From positions 666,755 to 730,754 of the forward strand of contig NIVC01000129.1 of assembly GCA_002269645.1 (NCBI GenBank): 64,000 bases of DNA, written 5' to 3'. Shown piece by piece: positions 52,713 through 64,000 of the stretch. The position numbers and the translations under genes are program-made. The first letter of the stretch is position 1. Each line of letters begins with the position of its first letter. The DNA is from Macrostomum lignano (Eukaryota). The notes beneath the pieces are model-generated. The model saw only the letters and a program-made list of their open reading frames with translations. It had not been told where the DNA came from and did not search any database.

Positions 52713-54167
52713 TGTCACCTTTTTACGACCCTGTGGGAACTGATAGGATCTCTCGGTCACGTGATTCTGGGTAGCAACAAGCTTAGCCAATCAGAAAATT
52801 CGACGCTCATTTTAACAAAACGGCTCAGCCAATCAGAATCGACGTGTTCCATTATAACAAACTGCGGTCCAGTTGGCGGCTATTTAAACCGGTGTTTTTG
52901 GCCCGCTCGGACCTCAACCTCCTGGGACCTTAGCCTAGCTTGAGACATCCCGGAGCGCGACCGTCGTTTCTTGATCCCCGGATTGCGACTTCCCCCCATC
53001 ATCATCAAGGACGAATCCCCACGGTCATCAGCAGCGAACATCAAAGTTAAGATCATCACCTGCTAGCTATCTGCGAAGACTGTGACAGCATCATCCTGAG
53101 TCTACAGCTACAGAGCATCAAGCCGATTCGGTCACTGTGGATTACCTGGTCTCCGGCTGTTGAGTTTCTGATTGGTTGGGTGAGAGGCTACCTAGACTTG
53201 CTTGATTGGGTGATTCCCTGTCTGTCCCCTGTTTCAGTAGCTGGATTAGGCGCACACTTTTGCTCATTTTGTTCAGTAGTGCTGACGCTGAGGCAGAAGT
53301 CATTCAATAATACTGCTAGTAGTCTGAAACTCCAATTCGATCTGAAGTGTGAAGTGATCTAAGGAGAAGGTTAAATCTAACAGTTATTTTTATCGGTTTT
53401 ATTTCTTTGTTCGCCGATGGCTCAGATGAGTAGCTAAGCTAGTAGGCGCCGGTCACAGTGGACCAATGGCAAGGCAGTTCTCAGTCGATCAATCTACCAA
53501 ATCAGTGAGCAAAACTGCCAGAAGTGCAGAATCGGCGCCAGAGATGTACTTTGTGCACTCTAGGTTAGCCAAGCGGCTCGGGTAATGAATCATGCGGTCT
53601 CTGAAGTTCGAGTTAGTCTATCATCAGCGCTATGAGAGGCTAGTTGGCACGTTGAAGGCCAAAAGTACATACCTTCGTATTTAGCAATGTAATAGTACAT
53701 GTAGCTACCCCATAGACTCGCCACTGCAAGAATCCCCTGCACAAGTCCCCTCTGTACCTGCATGGCCAATGCGATCTAGTCCCAGCAGTGTCCCTTATCA
53801 TCGGCTATGACTTCGAGATTGACAGCAAAAAGACACTAGTTGGCAGGTAAGTGCAAAGCCCCTTCTAGTCGGAAGCCCGATTTCGAGAGTCGATTTCGAG
53901 AGTGTGGTGAGCCAGGGCGCACGGACTGGTGGCAGCGAGTTAGCTTAGTCTGCGGATTAGCTAATTTCTACCTTCAAAATTCTCCCTGCTTGTCTCTCGC
54001 TGTCCCTCTCTTAGCTATAGGACCTAGACTGCTCGCCACACGATCAAGCTACCATGGGGCTGACCATCTGACAGGAGTGGGGGGCCAGGACTCTAATTGA
54101 TTTTTTTCTGAGGCCTGAGGCCCGAAGTCTTCCTCACAAGGGGCCTGAAAGGTCGAAACCCATCACA
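52713..54167 (+). other. LTR-like or promoter-bearing non-coding segment
   Basis: TGTCAC start, E-box TCACGTGA near 52757, two AGCCAATCAGAA boxes (about 52785 and 52828), TATTTAAA near 52881, and a CATCACA end. No TSD was found, so the boundaries are uncertain. Confidence 0.3.
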
Positions 54168-54609
54168 CTGAATAAGTCAGTGTAAGCTACTTAAACGTCT
54201 GATTGATCAGGTGATTGCCTGTCAACGTCTCGACTAGGATCAAAGGCGCCACTGCTAGATTTTTAGGCCCCAATATCAATGCTGGACGATCAACGCGCCA
54301 GAGTCGGAGGCCGCGGGAGCTTAATTAGTGCATGCCAGAGGGTCAGGTGCGACCTCAGGTTATTTAATTGGTGGCAGCTCATCCTTTGCTTAGGACAGTG
54401 ATGGCAGATCCACAATCAGCTGCTTTAGAATTGGATTAGGCAGCCTTTCGGTTGAAGCTGCAGTCAGCGCCCAACACGGCCTGTCTGGATTGCGGCTGTC
54501 GCTGCTGAGCTGAGCAACGTCTCCGAGTATCTCGATCAGCTGGTCTGAGAAGTGAGAGGTCAAATTCCACTGCGCTGCACAGTGAGCGAATCTGTGAAAA
54601 GCATACGGC

Positions 54610-54835
54610 TGTTGAGTGCAAGGACTGGGGGGGGGACCCTTTAATTACATGTACCCCAGCTACTGTACATGTATAATGCTGGTACCCATTTTACAGCTAG
54701 TGAACTAAGAAGCAATGCAAAGAGAAGTGGAGGTCTCGATCTCTTGCTCAAGGATACAAACTGTCCGAGTGGGTTCGGAAATCGAACCCCTGACCTTCAA
54801 GTCGTGAGTCCGACGCTCTAACTACTATAGGCCAC
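54610..54835 (-). mobile_element. tRNA-derived CORE-type SINE
   Basis: Minus strand reads GTGGCCTATAGTAGTTAGAGCGTCGGACTCACGAC...GGGGTTCGATTTCC, then TATCCTTGAGCAAGA...CTAGCTGTAAAATGGGTACC. Confidence 0.82.
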
Positions 54836-56013
54836 AATCCCCATATAGTTCTATGCAGATTTCAACTTTGTTCAGTTAAGTGGTGCGTATCATCCTCAAT
54901 AACTATCCATTACATGCATGTACATGTACATGTATTAACCTTGAGGCCACTTAACGGGAAAGTATCCGACTTTATACCAGATTTTCTCCAATAGTCCCAG
55001 GTACGGTACAAGCAAATAAAGAAGGCGGTTGAAAACGATTCCAGGCAGATTTAGAGAGTGATAATCCTATTTAAGAACGACTGATAAGACTTGACGCTTT
55101 AATTTAATTAATATAAGGCCAGGTTACAAAATTCTTAATAACGTAATTCGCAACGCAGTTAAACTCGAACAATAAACTCGATATAAATATGATTGACGCA
55201 ACTTGGTGAGCGGATCTCAGCTCTGGAAGAAGACTCCCTAACCACTGGCCTAATCTCAAAGCCTACTCTCAGGCGAGGACCCTGACGGATTAACAGTTCA
55301 GCCAATCTCTAGCCAAATTCTACCAGATCTGCCCTTCAGTGCAACAGTGAGGCCCTCGGGATCGAGGTCGCGTACTAGGCCGGGAGATAAAACAAACCAG
55401 AGGAGCCGAAAATAGAAGAGAAAAGAATGAGATCCGACCGCCAAAACACACTTTCCTATATAGTCACTTCCAAACCCCCCTTCAAGCCGGGTGGTGGGTG
55501 TCTGGCCGGCCGCTCGCTAATCCAGATTGCATTGAACCCGCGGCGCTCTCTCAGGCCGGGTAGAACTTGTTTTGCCGCGTGCCAGGGGTCCAGAACGATC
55601 TTGCATGATTGGCTGGCCGCGCAAAGCCGGGGTACACTGGAAAACTGTCGACCCTCCGCTGAGTCACTCTTGACTTGAATTGCGTCTGGTTGTTTTGGCC
55701 TGTTTACACTAAAAATAAACTCTAAACTAAGAAGTACTTTGAAAAACGCGTGACTAAAATGGAGCAAAATAATTATTAACAATACAACAACTTAGCTAAT
55801 ATAAATTCAGAAATTCACGCAAGATGCTCACAGTACAACACTGTATCCAAAGCACAGTGTGTATACAATCTATTATGCTGATGATGAGAAAGTCTAGGCA
55901 GAATTGTTACTACGTGTATACACCCTATTAGATTTTTTACAGCTGCGTCAGTATCCATATGCGTCAGAGCGCTAAAATTCAAAGATATTAAGGAAGCGAA
56001 GGAAGTCTCGCAT

Positions 56014-57289
56014 GGGTACCTTTCATTTCGCCGATTCTCGTTTCGCCGATTCTCGTTTCGCCGAATCTCATTTCGCCGAATCTCGGTTCGCCGACATTCT
56101 CATTTCGCCGATTCTCGTTTCGCCGACATTCTCATTTCGCCGATTCTCGGTTCGCCGAAATTAGTTTCATAACCATCTGGACATTAGACCATAGACAACT
56201 ATACACTAATGCAACATGCAAGTGTGATTTAGATGTCTATGGCTTGAAAAATAAAGTATTGTATTGGTAATATAGCTTTTTGCAGCCCATTTGGGCTTAC
56301 GGGCATTTAATTTAATCCAAGATACGTTTGCCAATGTAATGGAGCTTTTGTCTATGGTAGCAAGGCTGGCACAGCGGCATTCAATTTGGTCCAACAAGCA
56401 TCAATTTGGTCCAAACGCTCGTGAGCCATTCGGCAAACTCCTGCCTTCTCGCAACCGTCTGCGGGTTGTTGCATACCGCTGGAATGTCAGAGTCTACCGA
56501 CCATTTTCTGTCGCTTTTCCAGAGCTCTGCTGATAGCCAAACTCTGATAACCAACTGGAACTGTTCCTTCAACTTCTTTCCTTCAACTTCTGCTGAATTT
56601 TCTGCAACATCAACAAATGGTTCGTCTCAATTGTATCGAGTAGCAGTTGGACCTGAACCTCTCGAGCAACTTGCCCTGGCGATTGCCACCCATTCGCAGG
56701 CGATTTCTGCCGGCAGATTTTCAACGCGCTGATGGATGCTGAAAAACCATCTTTTATTTTACATTCAGCAGCCTTTGGGTGTTCTCCTCTGTCGAGCGCT
56801 TCGATCACAAGCCTAATGGCATTCGTTTGACAGCCTAGCATATGGTTCACAATTCTGTGGCTGATCTTGCTCCTCCGCAGCAGTTGCTAATGAAGCTATG
56901 GACCAAATTGACGCTTGTTGGACCAAATCAAATGCCGCTGTGCCAGCCTTGCCACCATAGACAAAAGCTCCGTTACATTGGCAAACGTATCTTGGATTAA
57001 ATTAAATGCCCGTAAGCCCAAATGGGCTGCAAAAAGCTATATTACCAATACAATACTTTATTTTTCAAGCCATAGACATCTAAATCACACTTGCATTAGT
57101 GTAGTTGTCTATGGTCTAATGTCCAGATGGTCATGAAACCAATTTCGGCGAACCGAGAATCGGCGAAATGAGAATGTCGGCGAAACGAGAATCGGCGAAA
57201 TGAGAATGTCGGCCAACCGAGAATCGGCGAAATGAGACTCGGCGAAACGAGAATCGGCGAAACGAGAATCGGCGAAATGAGAGGTACCC
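56014..57289. mobile_element. Foldback element with about 400-bp TIRs and a 9-bp TSD (Mutator-like), containing a Tc1/IS630-like transposase remnant
   Basis: 56014-56413 is inverted at 56899-57289. Termini are GGGTACC/GGTACCC, with subterminal 15-17-bp repeats TTTCGCCGATTCTC(G/A). The TSD is GTCTCGCAT/GTCCCGCAT (8/9). Confidence 0.8.
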
Positions 57290-57580
57290 GTCCCGCATAT
57301 CTATAGAAAATTTTCAGACCAAGCTAAAGCATCAAACAAGTTTGCAATATGTGCTTTTAGATTTTGTATCGTCCATCCGCCAGTGCCGGTTGTACGTACG
57401 AGCGTACAATAGATGTTTTTCCTAGAAAGTTTCGGTGCCACTTATGTTTTCCATAAACATCGGCAATATAACATGAAAACTCCAGAGTCTTATCGAGCCG
57501 TAACATGTTACTGTGTTATAGAATACGGGTAGAATTCCGTTTTCTATGAAAGAATTTATAATGTTATATAACTAAAAATC

Positions 57581-60500
57581 TGTCGTAGTTTGAACGAAGC
57601 TGTCGGCAGAGTTTATTCAAGCATAGGAAATTATAACATAAGTGAGAGGCTGAGAACGAAAGCTTAAGAACGAATAGCTGGTTGCTACCATTTACATAAA
57701 AAGGATATGATTGGGTAAAGTGCAACAACGCTAGCTCTAGCTAGCAGCCACTACCACATGTCCCCGTCTGCAACGGAAGACAATGGATAACGACGTCCGC
57801 AAGACAGTCAAACAAACAAACTTTAAGAACTAGCTAGTAAACTTTGCAACGTCAGTGAAATAACGCAATCACGGCTTACTCAGTGTGAGCCTACGGCACA
57901 AGGCGATTTGGGGGATTCCTCACCCTAGTGCTTCTTCTTGTCGGAGCGATCTCTGGGGGAATCTCAGGCATATTAGTTTGTGGTTGTTGGTGAACTTCCT
58001 CTTCTTCCTCATCGGCTTCAGAGGCAGGAGCCAGCGGGCCGAATTGATTGTTTGAAGCCAGGTGTAGTTTGGCGCCCGTCAGCAGCCAGGAGGTATTGCG
58101 CCCTTGCGACATCAGGAACTCAGCTCGGGAGCTGGTGGTGTCGCCGTTGGCTTTGAACTGCACCGGGTCGCCCTGCTGGAAGGTGGAGACCACCGGAACC
58201 CGAAGTCGCCGTCCTAGCATGAGCTCGGCAGGGGTTCGTCCGCGTGAAGTTGAAGAATTGCGATGATGTAGCAGAGCCCTCTGCAAAAAGGCGATAAAGC
58301 TGCCATGTGTTAGACGCTGGGTCCATGCCTGCAAGGCCTTCTTGACAGTCTGGACGGCTCGCTCAGCTGCACCATTAGATTGAGGGGAATATGGAGGGCT
58401 CTCCATCTTACGAGCGCCGTTCTTTTCCAACCAGGCCAATAGAGGAGCCGAGGTGAACTCCGCTGCGTTGTCCGAAACAACCAGCTCCGGAACACCAAAG
58501 CGAGTAAAAACCGTTCGCAGCGAGTTGATGACACTGTCTACTGATCTGTCCTTTGTGGGGAAAGCTTCTATCCAGCCCGAGTACGCATCAACCACAATGA
58601 GAATGTTGCCAACGGCTGGTACAAAAGCCCAGTCCATGTGCACTCTTTGAAATGGAGCGGTGGCAGGTGGCCAAGTGTCCCGAGTTTTTTGTAGACGAGG
58701 TCTTAACTGAGTGCATGCCTTACATTGATGAACGAATTGCTCCACGTCCCTCTGCATACCGGGCCACCAACAGGTCTGTGCAAGCAGCTTGTGCGCTGCG
58801 TTGGAACCCGTATGAGTGTCATGCACTGTGTCGAAGGCCTCTCGTCTGAGCCTTGGTGGAATGAATGCTCGGCGGCGCATGTAGATCAGGCCATTCTCTA
58901 GGGTCAGGCTGCCTCTGCTTGTGTGCAGTCTCGCCAGTCACCAGACCGAATGCGGCGAACTATTCGTTGAAGGAGTCTGTCTGACTCCATTTCGGATATT
59001 ATTCTGTGTGGATCGATGGTTGGGGATTCAAAGGCAACGCAGTTTACCGCCCAAAAGGTACTGCTAGGCTCAAGATCCGCGTTTTCGAACCGGAGTCGGG
59101 AGAGCGCGTCGGCATGCGGAATTTTTGTCCCTTGTACGTATTCCAGAGCGAAGTCGAATTGCATTAGAAACAGCGCCCATCGGCTGATTCTGGAAGAGGT
59201 GCGCAATGGAATGCTGCCACCAAAGAGGCGAAGCAACGGTTGGTGATCAGTCCGAATGGTGAATTTTCGGCCTTGCAGATAGTGTGTCAGCCTATGGATT
59301 GCCCAGAAAATCGCCAGGGCCTCTCGTTCGATGTTTGAGTAGTTAGCTTCTGCGGATGAGAGAGTCCTGGAGATGTAAATCACGGGGTGCCCGTCCTGGG
59401 TCAAAAGAGCCGCAAGCGCACCTTTGGAGGCGTCAGTGGTTAGAGTGGCCTCTTTTTCCAGGCTGTATGGCTGCACCAAAGGCCTGGATGAGATTTCTCG
59501 CTTGAGCCCCCCAAATGCGTGAACGCACTCGTCGGACCAGACGAAGGGCGAGTTTTCCTTCCGAAGGTCATTCAATGGAGCGACTTTGGCGGAAAAATTA
59601 GGTATCAGACGGCCAAAAAAATTTACTAGGCCAAGGAACTGCTCAACTTCCTTCTTGGAGCTGGGAGCGGCGATATGACGGATCTTGTCAACTAGACGGT
59701 CATCAGGCTGAATTCCAGATGCGGAGATTTTGAATCCAAAGAAAGGAAATTTCATCGCACATATTAATAGATTTGCTTTCGTTGATGGTCACTTTCTTCT
59801 CTGCGAGCCTGGTTTTGACCGCCTTCAGCCGCTTACCTAGTGCTTCGGAATTCTCCGCAAAGACTAGGACATCATCTTGGTAGACAAGGATGCCTTTGAG
59901 GTCAGATAGAATATTCTCCATGGCCCTTTGAAAAATAAAAGAGGCATTTTTCATGCCCATTTGTAGGCGTTTGACACGGTAGAGGCCGCGTGAGGTATTG
60001 ATCACTGATAGTTCTTCCGCAGATTCATCGAGAGCTATTTGCCAATAGGCAGAGCGCAAGTCTATTTTCGCAAACTTTTTTGCGTTTTTGAGCTTGGCGA
60101 ATAGGTGCTCAATCGAGGGGATTGGATAGGACTCCGACTTTATTTTCCCATTGACGTGCATTTTATAATCGGCACACATGCGCAGCGAGCCATCTTTCTT
60201 CTTAACCCAAACAACAGGCGATGCGTTGCTTACCGGGCCCTCAATTGGCTCGATGACGCCCAGCTGCTGCAGTCTTTCTAGCTCGGCATTAACTTGTGGC
60301 TCCAGCGCAAGTGGAACTGGACGAGCGCGGCAGAACTGTGGTCTGGCACCTTCAATCAGTTCCATGCTCGCTTTGATGCCCTTGATGGTCGGCAGTGGTT
60401 CATTGGCAGGCGCCGCTGTGGCAGTGGTGGCTGCGTGGAATACGGCGTCGCCATCTAGAAGATCGCGTCCTAGCAGGCCAAATGTCTTTGAAGATGAAAC

Positions 60501-61800
60501 CACCATCAGCTCAGCTGGATGAATTCGACCGCGCATCTCGACGGTGGTAGACAGCTTTCCCAATGTCTTTAGGATGTGGTCATCATATGCCTCGAGTCGC
60601 CGATGATACTTGTCCAATTTGGGGCATTGCAGCGATTCCCAGAGGTGGCTAGAAAGCACTGAAACTGAAGCTCCGGTGTCGATCTGCATCGGAATAGCGA
60701 CACCGTTGATCAGCACAGTTTCTTTCGCTACCGAAACAGCATGGATGAGATCTACGTCTGTCAGATGGAGTACATCAGAGGCGTCGGAGTCTGAGGTTAC
60801 AAGTTTCGTGTCCATATGGTTGATCTGTTTGACGCCACTGGAGCGGCACACGGATCCAAAGTGGTTGCGCTTGTTGCATTTGTTGCATGTCTTGCCGTAA
60901 GCCGGGCATTTGCCAGCTGGGTGAGATCTGCCACAAAACTTGCAGTCGCCTATGTGCCGTTCATGGGACATGGTCACGCTACCGCCTCGATGCTGCCGAT
61001 CTCCCTTCCCTGCGAAGTTGATGGAGTGTCCTTCTTGGGTAGGCTCTGTGTCAGTGTTTCGAAGATCCCTGCTGTCTACGAACTTTGTCACTTGTTCGAT
61101 AGTCCTGACGATATCCACGATTTCGGTGATCTTCAAGTATTTCGTTTGCATGGCTCCCAGAATGCGTCGTTGATCTTCTGGGTTCCGCAGGCCAGAGATG
61201 AGCATCAGACGTACCATTTCCTCCTCCGGGCTGGTGCAGGTTTTTAGAGCATCGAACTCGCAGTGCGTGGCCCCCTTCCTTAAGCGAGAAAGAAACTCCG
61301 TAATGGGCTCATCGGCAGCTTGACGTAGCGTGAAGAATTTAGTTCTCTCAGCAACGACAAGGTGCTTTTGGGGTTGCAGAAAGTTCGTAATGGCAGTCTC
61401 CAGCTCCGCAAAGGTGTGTGCTTCCACTTCTTTCGGTGCGACAAGATGAGTAACTTTTTCGAGAGCTGCTAGTCCACAGAGCGCTAAAAAGTTGTCCGTG
61501 ATTTGTCGATCCGTTTCTTTATCTTCCCACTTCTTGGTTCGAGCCAAGGCTTTAAATGCCTTAATCCAGGTTAATGCATGAACCGTGTCAGCAAGATCCA
61601 GATTGCCAAGCCGCGACGCCATTGTCGTAGTTTGAACGAAGCTGTCGGCAGAGTTTATTCAAGCATAGGAAATTATAACATAAGTGAGAGGCTGAGAACG
61701 AAAGCTTAAGAACGAATAGCTGGTTGCTACCATAGACATAAAAAGGATATGATTGGGTAAAGTGCAACAACGCTAGCTCTAGCTAGCAGTCACTACCACA
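57581..61800 (-). mobile_element. Complete Ty3/Gypsy (Mag-type) LTR retrotransposon, 4220 bp, disabled
   Basis: 178-bp LTRs at 57581-57758 and 61623-61800 (3 mismatches, TG..CA), 5-bp TSD AAATC and PBS-like TGGCGTCGCGG. Gag knuckles CKFCGRSH..C/CNKCNKRNH; PR IDTGAS; RT YQDD; RNase H TTDAS; INT H-H-C-C with HMD/SDN/AER. There is a frameshift near 59740 and stops near 58900. Confidence 0.96.
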
Positions 61801-62518
61801 AAATCCAATATACTATCCACGACCACTAGCACTAGTATTATTAGTATAATTGAATCCACTAAAAGGCCTCTATCCACTATAGTATAAATATAGATGACCC
61901 TGTCACTAGCCGCCCCCCCCCCCTAAGACTTGTGGTTTTCAAGGAGGCTCTTCATATTGCTTTTTCTGGTTCTAGAACCAGAACCAATTTGTAAAGTATA
62001 ACTTTTTGGCTCCTTAACTAGAGGGATATACTTGCTATAAACTCTTAATTATTGAATGAAAATCGCCAAGAAGAAATTGAAAAAATTGTGCAAAGTGAGG
62101 CTGTTAAGGCAGTCAAATATTAACAGAGTTAAATAGTTATACTGCTGTTTTTCTTAGAAGATCCGAACCGATTCTGGTTCGGGAATTGGTAATGTGAAGA
62201 GGCTTATAGACGACTTAAGATTTGATGTGTACCACACTATATTATTAATTATGTGATATTTCAATATAATATAAATGGCCTTAAAAGCCTGATATGCCAT
62301 GGTGTTCCTGACCTATGACTTAGGCCTACACTTAAGAAAACAAGCATTGCCAGCTTAACACAAGCCAAGTTGCTTTGTTGTTGCTTAGTTGGCAGTGCTG
62401 CAAAAAATTCAAATGTTAGGCCCTAGCTCAAAATTGAAATATCATAATATATATTGGTACATATTATAGCCTACAATAATGTCTAGGCCTAATATATGTT
62501 TTTTTATACAAAATACAA

Positions 62519-62642
62519 AATTTTGGCAATCTTCAAGTTTCGTTCGTTTAATTATTTCCGGAATTATTTTCGCCCTCTATTCAAGGGTGGTGGGGGGTGG
62601 GTGTTGGAATTAAACGAACGAAACTTGAAGAATGCCAAAATT
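62519..62642. repeat. Short inverted repeat (33-bp arms), probable mini-MITE
   Basis: TTTTGGCAATCTTCAAGTTTCGTTCGTTTAATT is inverted as AATTAAACGAACGAAACTTGAAGAATGCCAAAA (1 mismatch). Confidence 0.65.
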
Positions 62643-64000
62643 TTTATTTTATCAATTTTGTAAAGCTTCAACTTCAAGATTAGTCTAGCCGGTGTAGGAC
62701 CAAGACCACCACACACCAAGACCGCCACACTTGGGGGAGCTAGGGGGGAGGAATTTGGCTTGCCATGTTATTGGATGGTGCTGAGGAGGGGTGAGATAAG
62801 GAGAGCCAGCAAGACAAGGCCACAAGAGAAGAACTGACTGGTAGGGCCTAAGCAGGCCGGGTGGGTGAGTGAGCCAGGCTCCTTGTTTTTTTCATTCAAT
62901 TTGAATTGTTAAAATTGCCCTGGTTGACTTGCAATCGTTTTAGGCCATTTATTCATCTTATTAGTGACCAATCTTGGGATGCTTCCTCCTTATCTAACTC
63001 TACAACCCATTACAACCAATACCAATGCTAGAAGATTGGTAGCTCCCCCTTAATTCCAGTACCCCCTAATGTGATTAGGCCTAATAGTAATCTGCCATTG
63101 GTTTTAATATAATACCAGTTAATAGGCCTACCAGTTTATCTATTGTAGTATTGGTAGTGCATATATTTATTTACTGGTAGCATATGTACAATGTAGGGCC
63201 TACATGTGCTATATTTTTGGCCTGAGTGGTCTTATGGTAGGCCCCTATTGTCTATCCCTATATTCTTCTAAAGAATTTTATTCTCTCAGTCCTGGGTGTT
63301 ACTTGCTAGGTATTCTACCCTAAGCCCTAAAGTAGGTTTCTTAGACTCTGAGTCTAGATTATGAGGTAAGGTAGAGAAGATTTAAAAATTGGTGGTAGTC
63401 TTGAAATCGGCAGTTTGAATGGTTAGTCGACACCAGTAAGGTGGGGCAGATTCTACATTTGAATTTCTGCCAGTGTTGTCTCAGTACTTATAAAGCTGGA
63501 AAATGCACAAATTGATGCGCTGGTTCTTCTCCTTAGTACTCTGTCTGCTGGGGTCTTCAATTCCAAGGGGAGGGTAGTCGTGATTGTAGTCAAGTGGTCT
63601 TTTAGTGGCATGATCATTCAAATTGAGTCCTCAGACACTGTAAATGTTATGATCTATCGATGTATTCAGTTCGTTACTGTCAGTAGTAGGGTAGCGCTGC
63701 CACCACCGTAAATTGCATTTTACAGAATGTTAAGGGTCTCAGAGCTTTCTTTGAATTGAGACTGATCGGTTATTTTATGCCCCATAGGCAAATGACTCAA
63801 TATAGACTAACTAAAGCTTTGATTAAAATCCACTGGATAAATAAATTGTTATTATTGGTAGCTTATCATTATTATTAATAGTTCTCACAAATAGATTAAA
63901 CAGCTACAGCATGGTTATTTGATGTTATTAGTGGTAGTAATAACTTAGTATGCGAGGCAAACACTATTAATAGTTCAAAGCAATAAAGCGAACTAATTGT

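Noticed and set aside
61810-64000. Degenerate coding-like or element-like sequence (short inverted motifs, fragmentary minus-strand frames near 63400-63700)
   Set aside because: No ORF of at least 60 aa and no recognisable motif or termini; probably old decayed repeats.

Overview
Animal (metazoan) genomic DNA, with GC-rich exons separated by GT-AG introns that are mostly filled with minisatellites. The style resembles the flatworm Macrostomum lignano, but that is inference and was not verified. Six genes can be modelled with phase-consistent splice junctions: the 3' part of Serrate/Ars2 (SRRT, +), an 836-aa secreted NDNF/Nord-like protein (-), an insect-type arylalkylamine N-acetyltransferase-like GNAT (-), a gamma-butyrobetaine dioxygenase (BBOX1-like, +), a PAN/apple plus F-type lectin protein (+) and a divergent Rab GTPase (-). 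Two exons of an unidentified Q/E-rich protein are also present. Mobile DNA comprises a complete but disabled Mag-type Gypsy element, a solo LTR, three LINE families (LOA/R1-like, Ingi-like, and an APE-bearing element embedded in (TATC)n), three tRNA-derived CORE-type SINEs and several MITE/foldback elements. About 20 distinct tandem arrays occur. The most striking observations are: a tandem array in an SRRT intron whose unit is the 3' splice site itself, giving about 26 serial acceptors; an array seeded on the NDNF-like stop codon; a hAT MITE whose internal motif has expanded into a 1-kb minisatellite; and repeated insertion of elements into tandem repeats. All alignments were done by eye from remembered family motifs, and no searches were run.
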